DNA of 64,000 nucleotides from Kiritimatiellia bacterium (GTDB lineage Bacteria > Verrucomicrobiota > Kiritimatiellia > RFP12 > UBA1067). This document shows, one piece after another, positions 11,472 to 22,561 of the stretch. The notes below the pieces were generated by a model. It worked only from the letters and a program-made list of their open reading frames with translations. It did no database searches and was not told the DNA's origin. Made by a program: the position numbers and the translations under genes. How positions within the stretch are numbered: position 1 is the first letter of the stretch; every line of letters begins with the position of its first letter. Location: contig JBMNFY010000010.1 of NCBI GenBank assembly GCA_050949565.1, forward strand, positions 1 through 64,000, written 5' to 3'.

Positions 11472-13014
11472 ATGAGGAAACAAAATTGGATCATCATGGC
11501 TGTCTGCGCCTGTGTGGCATACGCATCGCACGCGGCCCCGCTGAACGCGCGCGAGGCGAACATCATCAAGGCGCGGCTGGTACCCGCGCCAAAACGTGTC
11601 GATCTGACCGACGGCCCGGATGTGGTGCTGAATGACGCACTTGCGGTGACGCTGGCCTGCGCCAAGGACGGTGCGCTGGCCGGAGAAGCAGGTGCGCGAG
11701 ACGTTCAAGGCGTGGTTCGGCTGCCGTCCGAAGGTGACCTCCGCCGCGCCGGGTGACACCGTGCCGAAGATCGCAGACGCCTACCGGATCGTAAGCACGA
11801 AGGGCACGTTGCGGATTGAGGCCGCCGATGCGGGGGGCGCACGCAATGCGATGCGCACGCTGCGCCAACTCGCCGAGCCGCTGCGCGGCACCCGCACCCT
11901 GACATCGTACTTCATTCCCGAGACGGTCATCGACGACGCGCCGGTGATGGCGTTTCGCGGCTTCCACCTCTGTTGGTTCCCGGAGAACACGCCGGTTGAG
12001 ATCGAACGTTATATCCGGCTGGCGGCGTACTACAAGATGAACTACATCGTGCTGGAGTCGTGGGGCATGTTCGTCTTCAAGAATCATCCGGAACTGGCAT
12101 GGCCCGGCAGCACTATGACCCCGCGGGAGATCAAGCGTCTGGTCAAGATTGCGAACGAGTTGGGTGTGACGCTGATTCCGCAGATCAATCTCTTCGGGCA
12201 TGCCACGGGTTCGCGCGTTAACTCCGGCAAGCATAGCATTCTTGATTTCCATCCAGAGTTGCAGCCCTTGTTCGAGCCGAACGGATGGACGTGGTGCCAC
12301 AGCAACCCCGAGGCGATGGCGCTGTTGGAAGAGCTGGTGCTGGAGATGCACGATGCCTACGGGCGGCCGCCCTATTTTCACGCCGGGTGCGACGAGGCCT
12401 ACGACATGGGCACCTGCGCGCAGTGCCGCCGTTCAGATTACCCGAAGGTGGTCGCCACCTGCCTGACCCGCATCCACGACGCACTGGCGAAGCGCGAGTG
12501 CCGCATGATGATGTGGCACGACATGCTCCTTCGTAGCGGCGACCCGCGTTGGAAGGGATATTACGCAAACGGTGCGGAGTGGGCAGAGACCCTGCTGGAT
12601 GCGCTGCCGCGCGATATCGTGATCTGCGACTGGTTCTACAGTCCTCCGGTCAAAGGCGAGAAGGAGGGCGAGACCTATCCGACGCTGCGCTACTTCAAGT
12701 CGAAGGGCTTCCCTGTGCTTTCATGCCCGTGGGAGCACCGCGATGGCTACGCGGCGCAAAGCCGCGCGGTTCAGGAGATCGGCTTAGACGGCATGCTCAG
12801 CACCACCTGGCATCATTTGTACGGGCATCAGTCCATGCGGCAGATCTATTGGAGCGCGGCCCATGCGATGTGGGGCACGCAACAGTTCGGTTATGGTCTC
12901 TTGGACTTCACGCGCCATCTGCGGCAGGCTGGCTGGGATGTGCCCCTGAAGAACTATGTCGATACCGGTTTCAACCACCACCAAGTTCCTGAGAAAAACT
13001 TCACGCCGCGCTAA
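11472..13014 (+). CDS. GH20 beta-N-acetylhexosaminidase, apparent +1 frameshift near 11682
   Basis: Signal peptide and LVPAPK in the first frame; IDDAPVMAFRGFHL, LIPQINLFGH, FHAGCDE and MWHDML in the second frame. Confidence 0.85.
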
Positions 13015-13117
13015 GAGGGAGAAGTAACAGGCAATAGGTAAGAGAGGGACAAGTGCCACTTGCCCGGCGGCGTGAACGCCGCCCACAGGACAGAATGAGT
13101 GCCGCAAGGAGGATGAA

Positions 13118-15445
13118 ATGAACCAGATGAAAAGGTTGATGTTGCTGGGTGTCGTGGCCGTTGTCGCATGCGCGGCGGCAGGTGCTGAGTGGAAGATTCT
13201 GGAGCCTGCCGCTGCGCCGCCTGCTTATGCGGTGGCCGCGCGGGAGTTCCAGAAGCTTTATAGCGGCGTGACCGGGCGACAGTTGGAGATCACCGCCGCG
13301 CCTGACCCATCAGCCGATCTGGTCGTGATCGGCTCCGACAGCGTCAACCGTTTCGCACGCACCGCCGTGGAGAACGGGATCATCCCGCCGCTGGATGTCG
13401 GTGCCGACACGGACGGGTACCGCATCAAATCAGCGGAGAAGGACGGTCGGCGCTGGCTCTTTCTCGCGGGCGGCAACGGCCGCGCCACGCTCTATGCGGT
13501 CTACGACTTCTTCGAGCGTCAGGCCGGTTGCCGCTACTTCTGGGACGGCGACGTCATTCCGCGGCGCGAGACGATTGAGATGGGCGGGCTCGACGTGCAT
13601 GAGACCCCGCGTTTCGCCTACCGCGGGCTCCGCTACTTCGCCCATCGCAGTCTCGACCGCTTTCAGGCCGAGCACTGGGGGCCGGAGCAGTGGGAGCGGG
13701 AGATCGACTGGATCCTCAAAAAACGCCTGAACTTTTTCATGCTGCGCATCGGCATGGATGATGTATGGCAGAAAGCCTTCCCGGACATTGTGCCGTATCC
13801 GCCGACCAATGCACCATTGCCCGAGGCCGTGGAGCGCTCATACGACGACCGTACGAGCGCGTGGCCGCTGCGCTATCGCGGTGAGCTGCGCAAGCATGTG
13901 CTGCAATACGCCCGTGACCGCGGCCTGATCCATCCCGAGGATACCGGCACCATGACCCACTGGTACAGCCGCACGCCCAAGGCGTTTCTTGAGAAAGCGC
14001 AACCCTCGTTTGTACCGCAGGCGGGCGGCGCGTATCGCGGCAATCCGACCGGCGCGATCTGGGACATCCGGGACGATCAGAATCTGGACAACTACTGGAA
14101 GCTGACGCAAGCGCACGTCGACCACTACGGCGCACCTGACATGTTTCATACCATCGGGCTTGCCGAGCGTATCGTCTTCACCAACCACGCGGACAATCTG
14201 GAGATGAAACTCTACGCCTACCGCCGGATCATCTCGAAGCTGCGCGAGCACTATCCGGTGGCGCCGCTCCTAATCGCCTCGTGGGATTTCTATTATCCGG
14301 GTTGGACCGGCGACGAGGTGGCCAGACTGCTGGGATTGTTGTCGCCCGAGAACACGATCATCTTGGACTACACCTGTGATCTGCCGCAGCGGTTCCGGAG
14401 TTCCAACTTCACCCAGTGGGGGATGGTCGGCAAGTTTCCGTGGATGTTCGGTATCTTCCATGCGTATGAGTGGGAAACTGAACTGCGTGGCAATTATGAC
14501 CTGATTCAAGAACGCATGCCGCTCGCCGCCGCTGACCCAATGTGCAAGGGGTTCATCTACTGGCCGGAGAACGCGCACAGCGACAGCCTGATATTGGAGT
14601 TCTTCACGAAGAACGCATGGCGGCCCGACACCCTGACGCCCGAGGCACTGTTGCCGGATTTCTGTCGCGACCGCTACGGTGCCGCCGCCGAGCCGATGCT
14701 GGCGGCGTGGCGTGCCGCGTTGCCGCTGATCAAACTGCACACCGAACTGCCGCCCGATTTCCGTGGTCTCGCGAGTCATGCGAACCGGGCGGTCACGGCT
14801 AAGCGCGCCGCCGATCTGAGGGACCAGTGCGAAAAGATCGCGCCGCAGATCAAGGGCGTGCCCGATCTGCTAGCCAAACTGCAAGCGTTGCCGGTCTTCG
14901 GCGGTGACGCCAGAGTTGACCGCGATGCAGTGGATCTGGCGCGTACCACGGCTGGGCGGCTTTTCAGCCTTGTTTTCAAGCGCTATGTGGTGACGCAAGG
15001 CGATTGGCTGCAAGGCAAGGCTGACGCCGCCACCGTGAAGGCGGCCGGTGCTCAATGTGTGACGGTGTTGACCGCACTGCGCGACCTGCTCGCGCTTCAC
15101 GATGACTTTTCGATGAACGCCTCGATGGATAAGTTGCAGGCGATCCATCCCGTCAACCCGTGCTTCGAGCAGGCGCTCAAGGGCAACGCGGAGAACGGTT
15201 ATTGCCGGAGCTACATCTACGAGCTGTTCAACGACTACTACCTCAAGCAACTGGCGCTCTACGTGGCGTGGGTGGACGAGCGCGTGGCGGGCGGCGACAC
15301 GGCCAGTCCGATGAAGCCGGCCAAGCCGTTGCCGATGCAAGCGGTGACCGACGCTTTCTACGCCAAGCCGTTGCGCGAGATGGCACCGCCGGCCTGCGCT
15401 GACCGGAGGGCGGCATTCCGCGCGGCGCTGGAGAAGCTGAAATGA
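13118..15445 (+). CDS. Secreted glycoside hydrolase, GH89 alpha-N-acetylglucosaminidase-like TIM barrel with N-terminal accessory domain
   Basis: RBS AGGAGG, signal peptide, GGNGRATLYAVYDF, WGPEQWEREIDWILKKRLN resembling GH89 WxxxxWEREIDWMAL. Confidence 0.65.
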   Translation: MNQMKRLMLLGVVAVVACAAAGAEWKILEPAAAPPAYAVAAREFQKLYSGVTGRQLEITAAPDPSADLVVIGSDSVNRFARTAVENGIIPPLDVGADTDGYRIKSAEKDGRRWLFLAGGNGRATLYAVYDFFERQAGCRYFWDGDVIPRRETIEMGGLDVHETPRFAYRGLRYFAHRSLDRFQAEHWGPEQWEREIDWILKKRLNFFMLRIGMDDVWQKAFPDIVPYPPTNAPLPEAVERSYDDRTSAWPLRYRGELRKHVLQYARDRGLIHPEDTGTMTHWYSRTPKAFLEKAQPSFVPQAGGAYRGNPTGAIWDIRDDQNLDNYWKLTQAHVDHYGAPDMFHTIGLAERIVFTNHADNLEMKLYAYRRIISKLREHYPVAPLLIASWDFYYPGWTGDEVARLLGLLSPENTIILDYTCDLPQRFRSSNFTQWGMVGKFPWMFGIFHAYEWETELRGNYDLIQERMPLAAADPMCKGFIYWPENAHSDSLILEFFTKNAWRPDTLTPEALLPDFCRDRYGAAAEPMLAAWRAALPLIKLHTELPPDFRGLASHANRAVTAKRAADLRDQCEKIAPQIKGVPDLLAKLQALPVFGGDARVDRDAVDLARTTAGRLFSLVFKRYVVTQGDWLQGKADAATVKAAGAQCVTVLTALRDLLALHDDFSMNASMDKLQAIHPVNPCFEQALKGNAENGYCRSYIYELFNDYYLKQLALYVAWVDERVAGGDTASPMKPAKPLPMQAVTDAFYAKPLREMAPPACADRRAAFRAALEKLK

Positions 15446-15675
15446 CACGCTGGATCATTTTGTTTGTCTTCATGTGTTTGACGGTGAGCGCAGAAGTCAA
15501 GATGGTGCCGCCGCCGAAAAACCTCAAAGATTTGGGGCGTACGTGCCGTCTCGCTTCGGAAAGTGTGATCGTTGTGAGTTCACAAGCGGGGCAGACCGAA
15601 CGTGCCGCTGCTGAGCGGTTGCAGACGCTGATCACACGGCGCTTCGCGCGCGCGACCGGCCAGCGCAACACCTAA
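15442..15675 (+). pseudogene. Truncated secreted protein, resembles the N-terminus of a GH20-type domain 2
   Basis: Translationally coupled (ATGA), signal peptide then MVPPPK…ERAAAERLQ, stops after 77 aa. Confidence 0.5.
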
Positions 15676-15738
15676 AGTTTTGAAAGCGGCCACGCGTTGA
15701 AGTACACTTCCTTCATTCAGCACCTGAAGGAAGCGCGC

Positions 15739-15785
15739 GCCCGCCAGCCAGCGGCCAGCGTTGCGCTGGCCGCTGGCTGGCGGGC
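15739..15785. repeat. Perfect 22-bp inverted repeat with 3-nt loop
   Basis: GCCCGCCAGCCAGCGGCCAGCG-TTG-CGCTGGCCGCTGGCTGGCGGGC. Confidence 0.9.
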
Positions 15786-15870
15786 TTGATGATAACGGGT
15801 GGCTCCGTTCTTATCGGCTCGGGCTATTGATACTTTTCCTGTGACATACAAAACCTAGGGATACCATAGA

Positions 15871-17793
15871 ATGAACAAAAGTCTGTGTTATGTTTTGGCC
15901 GGTGTGTTGTTGCCGGTTATGACGTCGGTAGCGTTTCGTCCTCCGGCTGTGCCGCTGGTCTCGGTAGAGCCGCATTTCAGTGTGTGGAGTGCGGCAGATC
16001 GTCTCTATGACCGCGACACGACCCACTGGGCCGGCGCGGTGCAGCCGTTGGTGCTCCTGCTTGATGCGGACGGCACCACGTATCGGCTCTGTGGACGCGG
16101 GCGCGGCCACATGCTGGAACTGCCCGTCTTGCCGCAGACGTCGTGCCGCGTCGGGGCGACCGTGACGCGCTACAGCTTTGACAATGGAAAGGGACTATCG
16201 GCGGTGGTTGATTTCACGACGCCGCGCCTGACGGATGATCTGGACGTGTTTTCCCGCCCCGTCACCTACGTTACGGTTCGCGTCACGGGCGCGAAAAACG
16301 CCGCCGTGCATGCATCCATCACGGAAGCATGGGCCACGAATGACGACGCGGCAAAGATGTCGTGGGCGACCAACACGGTCGCGGGTGTCCGCGATCTGTC
16401 TGTCGGGCGTGTGGACGCCCGTCCCTTCTCGATCTGGGGCGACCGCAAGCGAGCAAACTGGGGACGCGTACACCTTGTCGGACCGGTCATATCTCCACCT
16501 TCGACGACCACCTATGTTTTGGCTTATGACAACGAGAAGAGTGTCCGCTTCTTCGGTGCGGATCTCGTGGATTGGTGGCGGCGCGGCGGCAAGACATTCG
16601 CGGCGATGCTGGAAGAAGCGGTGCGTGATATCTCCGCGCTGGAGGCGAAATGCCGTGCGTTTGATGAGAAGTTCCGACGCGACATGGAACACGTCGGTGG
16701 TGCGAAGTACGCGGCCATCGCTGAACTGGCATGGCGACAGAGCTTCGCCGCGTGCAAGTTCGTGGCGAACACGGACGGCGAGCCGTTTCTGCTTTCCGCC
16801 GAAAACGATTCTGGTGGGATGATCGGCACAACGGATGTTTTCTATCCGCAGTTTCCGCATCTCCTGATCTCCAGCCTGACATTGGCGAAAGCGTCGTTGG
16901 CGCCCACGTGCCACTATGCAGCGTCCACAAACTGGCCTTATGCCTATGCGCCGCACGACCTCGGGCTCTTCCCCATCGCCGAGGGGCAGTACTACGGCAT
17001 GAAGAAAGGACAGGCCGTTGGTGGGGGCACGGATGACACGTACCGCATGCCGGTGGAGGAGTGCGGCAACATGTTGATCCTGCTCGCGGCGGTTGCCCAG
17101 GCCGAGGGCCACGCCGATTTCGCGGGCCGCTGGTGGGGCGAGGTGACGAAGTGGGCCGAATATCTGGCTCAGTTTGGTTACGATCCCGGCAACCAACTCT
17201 GTACAGACGACTTCGCCGGACATCTGGCGCATAATGCGAACCTTTCGGTCAAATCCATTGTCGCCCTTGCCTCTTATGCGAAAATGGCGGAACTGCGTGG
17301 TGAAAAGGACGTCGCCGCAAAGTTCCGCACGCTGGCAAAAGAACTGGCGCCGAAGTGGATCGCAGCGGCAAACGGCGGCGCGTTCGGTGGTACGCGCCTT
17401 GCCTTCGACCGGCCTGGAACGTGGAGCCTGAAGTACAATCTCGTCTGGGACCGAGTCCTCGGTCTCGGGCTTTTCCCGCCAGAGATCGCCGAAGCGGAGA
17501 TGCGCACGTATCGGGCTGTGGCGCAACCCTACGGCGTGCCGCTCGATTGTCGCAAGACTTATACGAAGTCAGATTGGATCGTCTGGGCCGGAACGCTCAC
17601 CGGGCAGCGGAAGGACCTTGAATTCATGTGCGAGGGGCTTTATCGGTTCCTCGACGAAACGCCTGACCGCACCGCGTTCGGGGACTGGTACATGACCGAC
17701 TCGGGTCTCTACAGGAGTTTCATTGGTCGCAGCGTGGTCGGCGGCGTTTTCATGCCCGCCCTGCTGTCAAAGACGCATGAGTTTGCCAAGTAG
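15871..17793 (+). CDS. Secreted GtaA-like 'glutaminase' family protein (DUF5127/DUF4965/DUF1793), (alpha/alpha)6 barrel
   Basis: FRPPAVPLV…PHFSVWS, APHDLG, MPVEECGNML, QLCTDDFAG, NLSVK, WSLKYNLVWD, YTKSDW, RSVVGGVF. Confidence 0.85.
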   Translation: MNKSLCYVLAGVLLPVMTSVAFRPPAVPLVSVEPHFSVWSAADRLYDRDTTHWAGAVQPLVLLLDADGTTYRLCGRGRGHMLELPVLPQTSCRVGATVTRYSFDNGKGLSAVVDFTTPRLTDDLDVFSRPVTYVTVRVTGAKNAAVHASITEAWATNDDAAKMSWATNTVAGVRDLSVGRVDARPFSIWGDRKRANWGRVHLVGPVISPPSTTTYVLAYDNEKSVRFFGADLVDWWRRGGKTFAAMLEEAVRDISALEAKCRAFDEKFRRDMEHVGGAKYAAIAELAWRQSFAACKFVANTDGEPFLLSAENDSGGMIGTTDVFYPQFPHLLISSLTLAKASLAPTCHYAASTNWPYAYAPHDLGLFPIAEGQYYGMKKGQAVGGGTDDTYRMPVEECGNMLILLAAVAQAEGHADFAGRWWGEVTKWAEYLAQFGYDPGNQLCTDDFAGHLAHNANLSVKSIVALASYAKMAELRGEKDVAAKFRTLAKELAPKWIAAANGGAFGGTRLAFDRPGTWSLKYNLVWDRVLGLGLFPPEIAEAEMRTYRAVAQPYGVPLDCRKTYTKSDWIVWAGTLTGQRKDLEFMCEGLYRFLDETPDRTAFGDWYMTDSGLYRSFIGRSVVGGVFMPALLSKTHEFAK

Positions 17794-17821
17794 ATAGAGT
17801 ACCCCAATAAAGATTGGCAAG

Positions 17822-18886
17822 ATGACAGTCACAATCATCGGTTCGGGCATGATGGGTAGCGCGCTCGCGTTTCCTGCCCGTGAAAACGGAAACACAGTGC
17901 GGCTCGTGGGGACACCCCTCGACCGCGAGATCATCGACACCTGCCGTAAGACGAACCGGCACCCGAAGTTCAAGAAGGACTTCCCGGTCGGTTGTACGTT
18001 CCATCAGATTGAGGAGATGGCCGAGGCGGTGCAGGACGCCGACTTCGTGATCGGCGGGGTGTCGAGTTTTGGTGTGGATTGGTTCGGCGAGTACGTGCTC
18101 CCCAAACTGCCGCCGGATTTGCCGGTTCTCTCTGTGACGAAAGGGCTCACGGATACGCCTGACGGGAAGCTGCTCACCTATCCTGCGGTGTGGGAGGCGC
18201 GGCTTGCTGAGCGGGGCATTGCGCGCACGATCTGCGCGATCGGCGGTCCCTGCACAAGCTACGAGCTTGTCGCGCATGACCAGACGGTTGTCGCGTTTTG
18301 CGGCAAGGACATCGAGACGCTTCGGATGTTCAAGGAGGCGATGGCGACGGACTATTATCATATCTCGCTTTCCACGGATGTGACCGGCATCGAGAGTGCT
18401 GTCGCGCTCAAGAACGGCTATGCGCTTGGCATCGCGCTTACAATCGGCCTCAATCAGAAGGCGTTTGGTATCGACTCCGAACTCCACTTCAACTCGCAGG
18501 CGGCGGTCTTCGGTCAGGCGCTGAAGGAGATGAAAAAGCTCCTCGACCTTCAGGGCGCGGGTACGCTCGATAATCTCTGCGTCGGTGCGGGTGATCTGTA
18601 TGTCACGGTCTACGGCGGACGCACGCGGCTCGTGGGTATTCTGCTCGGGCGTGGACTTGATATCGATCAGGCCAAGGCGGAACTGGAGGGCGTCACGCTT
18701 GAATCGCTTGTCGTTGCCGAGCGTGTGGCACGAGCGGTGAAGCACCTCTGCGCCAACGACAAGCTCGACGTAGCGGACTTCCCGCTTCTCATGCACATCG
18801 ACGAAATCCTCACTCAGAAACGGCCCGTGAACATTCCGTGGGAGCAGTTCACATGCGAGAGTGTCTATGCGCTTCCGAGCGCTTGA
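17822..18886 (+). CDS. NAD(P)H-dependent glycerol-3-phosphate dehydrogenase-like protein (divergent)
   Basis: IIGSGMMG, LSVTKG, IGGP, ALKN, GAGDLYVT. Confidence 0.8.
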   Translation: MTVTIIGSGMMGSALAFPARENGNTVRLVGTPLDREIIDTCRKTNRHPKFKKDFPVGCTFHQIEEMAEAVQDADFVIGGVSSFGVDWFGEYVLPKLPPDLPVLSVTKGLTDTPDGKLLTYPAVWEARLAERGIARTICAIGGPCTSYELVAHDQTVVAFCGKDIETLRMFKEAMATDYYHISLSTDVTGIESAVALKNGYALGIALTIGLNQKAFGIDSELHFNSQAAVFGQALKEMKKLLDLQGAGTLDNLCVGAGDLYVTVYGGRTRLVGILLGRGLDIDQAKAELEGVTLESLVVAERVARAVKHLCANDKLDVADFPLLMHIDEILTQKRPVNIPWEQFTCESVYALPSA

Positions 18887-18917
18887 CAGGTGTGCCGGGA
18901 AGCGACACACTGTACGC

Positions 18918-21587
18918 ATGAAACTATCACGTGCGCTGTACTTTGTGGGAGCGGTTGCTTTGTCCGCTCTGCTGTGCCGGGCGTCTGAACCCGTCACGTT
19001 GTTTGATTTCACCAAGCCCGGTCATGGCTGGAAGGGCAATTCCCGCACGCGTCCTGCGGAAGGCGAGGGCTTTTGCGTGGAACTGACGGGTGAGGAGGAC
19101 CCATGGCTGGAGGGACCTGCGGTCACGGTGCCGGGGGCGGATGTTGCGCAACAGTTGGCGCTGGAACTGGATGCCGAGTGTGGGCAACCGGGCAACGTGG
19201 AGGTCTTTTTCGCTGTGGAGGGCAAGCCCTTCACCGCCGAAAACTCGGCGTGGTTGAGACGCAAGGGGTCGTCAGGCACGCCATACCGTGGCATGGTCCG
19301 TTTGCTCGGGCCGCGGATGCATTTCCGGTGTGATCCGCCGGGTAGCGTGGGTCGCGTTTCGCTGCGTGCGTTGCGGGTGCGTCCATTGGTGCCGCTCGCG
19401 ACGATCGCCCACGAAAAGCCGGTCCGGGTGGCCTTGCCGGCTTCTCCGCTGTGCGTCAGCGGAGGTGCCGTTGAGGTGGCGCATGATCCCGCCCGCTGGA
19501 ATGCGTTTGTCTGTCGCGTCAAAGGGAGTGCCTTTGCCGAGTCCAATCCTGCCGAGACGCTGATGGTTATCACCGGCAAACAGATGGTGCCGGTCGATCT
19601 GGCGTCGGCGGATGTGACGCGCGAACAACACGCCGATGGGTTCACGGTCGAAGCGCGCGCGCGCGATGCTGGCGGCGCTGAATGGCGGTTGACACGCCGT
19701 TTCTCGCCGTGCCGCGACGGTGTCCGTGTCGACGGTTCAATCACGGTGAACCAATCGCGCGAGGTTGTGCATCTGCCTTGGGTCACGCTGTTTGCGGGAT
19801 GCGGCAGTTTCGGTGAGCGTAAGGGACAGGCGCTGTTGCCGGGCGTGGAGTACCTCGAAAACGAGCCGTCCAGCAATGAAAAAGAGATCAAGGGCGCGGC
19901 GGCGAACCGGCGATTGGTCGAGCCGTATAAAGTGTGTTATCCGGTGATGGCGTTGACGGCAGACGGGAAATGGATATCCCTGTCGTGGCAGACCGGCGGG
20001 GTGGCGGCCAGTCCGCTCTTTGATTCGCCAGACCGCGTGTTCCATTCCGGCGGCCATGTCATGGGCGTCTGGTCGCCTGCCGCTGGCGAGGCACGATTCG
20101 AAAGTGAGTTTGCGGTACACGCCGGTGTGAAGTTGGAGGCGGGGCGGACTTATGAGTACTCGTTTATCGTGAGCGGTGGCGAGGGTGCGCCGGTGACCGA
20201 GGCGGTCGGGGCGTATGTCGCGCGTGGCTTGCCGCCGGTGCCGGTTTTCGATGGCGGATTCGATGCGGCGGTCCGGCTGCTTGCGGCCGGCTGGTTGGAC
20301 TCTGCATCGCGTCACGGATTGGCTTGGCGGCATGCGGTTTGGGGCAAGAGTTTCCCGCCGGTATCGCATGCTGAAGATGTGCCTGCCTATCTGCTCTGGC
20401 TGGCGGCACAGACGACGGACAGTGCGCTCAAAACGCGCTTGACCAATACGGCGCGCGAGGCGATCGCCGCGCTACCGCCCGGACGTTATGGCATGGGCGG
20501 CATCTCGCACACCAAGAGGCCAGTCGGTGCTTTACTCTACGGTAATCTTGAGGGCTTGGTTCGGCAGGCTGGCCCGCGTGCCGCGCAGATGGCGGCATCC
20601 ATACCGGAAGGACGGAGGCGTTACGCGCCAGCGCCCGGCAAGCCGGATTTCGGTTCGACGCTGGGCAGCGACCATTGCAATGGCTTCACGGCGATGACAG
20701 CGGAAGAGATGCTGGAACAGGCCGCGCTGAGCGGTGACGAAGCGGCGATTGCGGCGGCGCTTGCCGTGTTGGACAAGATGACTGCGAATTATGCCGGTCA
20801 AGTGCCGCGCGGCGCGCAGCCGTGGGAGATGCCGCTGCACACGCCGGACATCGTTGCGGCGGGCAGGCTGGTTCGCACCTATGTGTTGGGTTATCTGCTC
20901 AGCGGCAAAGAGGCGTATCTGGAGCAGGCGCGCTATTGGGCATGGACCGGTGTCACCATGCTTTATCTGGCGCCACCGACCGAGGGGCCGGTCGGTCTGT
21001 ACGCCACGATCGGCGTGATCGGTGCGACCCATTGGAGTGCGCCCAACTGGATCGGTCAGCCTGTTCAGTGGTGCGGCTTGGTCTATCGGTCGGCACTGGA
21101 AGATCTGGCGCGCGTGGACCGCGTGCAGCCCGAACTGTGGCGCACGTTGGCACGCGGCATGACGGTCGCGGGGCTTCAGATGTGTTTTCCGCTGGACGAT
21201 GCGGAGCGGCGTTGCGGGTTGTTGCCGGATTATTTTCTGTTGCAAGCGCAGTGCCCCGACGGGCCAGCCATTAACCCCGGCACCCTCCAAACCCATCTGG
21301 GGGAGGCTTATGGGAAGGTTCCTTTCTATACTTTGAATCGCCTCGCTTCCGGGGCGCTTGTGCATGTGCCGGGCGAGGTGCGGCAGGTCGATGCGGATGA
21401 CGGCACGATGGCATTGACGGTCACCGCTTGGCCCGAATCAGAATATCGCATCCTGATCACGCGCGTCGGTCAGCCGCCGCAACGTGTGTTGTGGAATGGC
21501 AACCCGATCGAGTTCCGCTACGTGAAGGAGGCGCGCGTCCTCTGGGTCACTGTCACCGGCAGCGGGCGTTTGCGGATGACGATGTAG
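18918..21587 (+). CDS. Large secreted hypothetical protein, probable carbohydrate-active helical barrel C-terminus
   Basis: 889-aa ORF with signal peptide; PRGAQPWEMPLHTPDI, YLEQARYWAWTG, WIGQPVQWCGLVY. Confidence 0.7.
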   Translation: MKLSRALYFVGAVALSALLCRASEPVTLFDFTKPGHGWKGNSRTRPAEGEGFCVELTGEEDPWLEGPAVTVPGADVAQQLALELDAECGQPGNVEVFFAVEGKPFTAENSAWLRRKGSSGTPYRGMVRLLGPRMHFRCDPPGSVGRVSLRALRVRPLVPLATIAHEKPVRVALPASPLCVSGGAVEVAHDPARWNAFVCRVKGSAFAESNPAETLMVITGKQMVPVDLASADVTREQHADGFTVEARARDAGGAEWRLTRRFSPCRDGVRVDGSITVNQSREVVHLPWVTLFAGCGSFGERKGQALLPGVEYLENEPSSNEKEIKGAAANRRLVEPYKVCYPVMALTADGKWISLSWQTGGVAASPLFDSPDRVFHSGGHVMGVWSPAAGEARFESEFAVHAGVKLEAGRTYEYSFIVSGGEGAPVTEAVGAYVARGLPPVPVFDGGFDAAVRLLAAGWLDSASRHGLAWRHAVWGKSFPPVSHAEDVPAYLLWLAAQTTDSALKTRLTNTAREAIAALPPGRYGMGGISHTKRPVGALLYGNLEGLVRQAGPRAAQMAASIPEGRRRYAPAPGKPDFGSTLGSDHCNGFTAMTAEEMLEQAALSGDEAAIAAALAVLDKMTANYAGQVPRGAQPWEMPLHTPDIVAAGRLVRTYVLGYLLSGKEAYLEQARYWAWTGVTMLYLAPPTEGPVGLYATIGVIGATHWSAPNWIGQPVQWCGLVYRSALEDLARVDRVQPELWRTLARGMTVAGLQMCFPLDDAERRCGLLPDYFLLQAQCPDGPAINPGTLQTHLGEAYGKVPFYTLNRLASGALVHVPGEVRQVDADDGTMALTVTAWPESEYRILITRVGQPPQRVLWNGNPIEFRYVKEARVLWVTVTGSGRLRMTM

Positions 21588-21677
21588 TTCGCGATGTGAC
21601 GCGATGTGGGCTTGCTAGGATGACATTCCTTCTGATATTGTCATTCTCGTTCTGGGAGTATAAGGAGAGTTCCAATC

Positions 21678-22508
21678 ATGTCATGGTTTGAAAAGCCGGC
21701 CGAAGCTCCGGCCCGTGTTCCGACAGAGGCGATTTGGGCGGTGTGCCCGTCTTGTAAGGTATACGTCGCGCGAGAAGCGTGGGATGCGGCTGACAAGGTC
21801 TGCCCTCGTTGCAATTATCACGCGCGTTTGAGTTGCCGCGAACGAGTGGCGCTGTTGACTGACGCCGGCAGTTTCAAGGAGTTGAACGCCGATGTCAGTT
21901 TCAACGATCCGCTTTCCTTCGAGGACTCGAGCGGTGCGTATGCGGATAAGGCCAAGGCCACGGTCGCCAAAACGGGAGTGGGTGAGTCGATTCTGACCGG
22001 CACCGCCACCATTGAGCAGATCGCGGTGGTGTTGGGTGTGATGGACTTCAGGTTCTTGGGCGGTAGTCTCGGCAGTGGAACTGGCGAACGTATCCGTCTG
22101 GCCGCTGAGAAGGCCATTGCGCTGAAACGTCCGCTGATCATCGCGTCGGCCTCGGGCGGCGCACGCATGCACGAGGGTATCGTCTCGTTGATGCAGATGG
22201 CCAAGACCTGTGCGGCGATCGCGCGCGTCAAAGAGGCCGGGTTGCCGTACATCTCGATCCTGACCGATCCGACGACAGGCGGTGTCTCAGCCAGCTATGC
22301 GATGGTGGGCGACCTCAACATTGCCGAGCCCAAGGCGCTGATCGGCTTTGCCGGACGGCGCGTCATCGAGCAGACCATCAAGCAGAAACTGCCGGATGAT
22401 TTCCAGACTGCCGAGTACACACTCGCGCATGGCTTCGTCGATCACATTGTGCCGCGCAAGGAGTTGAAAGCGTTCCTCGCGAAGGTTCTCCGTTACGCCG
22501 GGTATTGA
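21678..22508 (+). CDS. accD: Acetyl-CoA carboxylase carboxyltransferase beta subunit
   Basis: Zn ribbon CPSC…CPRC, MDFRFLGGSLG, SGGARMHEG, PTTGGVSASYA, IGFAGRRVIEQT. Confidence 0.97.
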   Translation: MSWFEKPAEAPARVPTEAIWAVCPSCKVYVAREAWDAADKVCPRCNYHARLSCRERVALLTDAGSFKELNADVSFNDPLSFEDSSGAYADKAKATVAKTGVGESILTGTATIEQIAVVLGVMDFRFLGGSLGSGTGERIRLAAEKAIALKRPLIIASASGGARMHEGIVSLMQMAKTCAAIARVKEAGLPYISILTDPTTGGVSASYAMVGDLNIAEPKALIGFAGRRVIEQTIKQKLPDDFQTAEYTLAHGFVDHIVPRKELKAFLAKVLRYAGY

Positions 22509-22561
22509 GACGGTAACCCCGCGACCCTTGAATGTCCAATTACGTTTTCAGGTGAGTGTTT

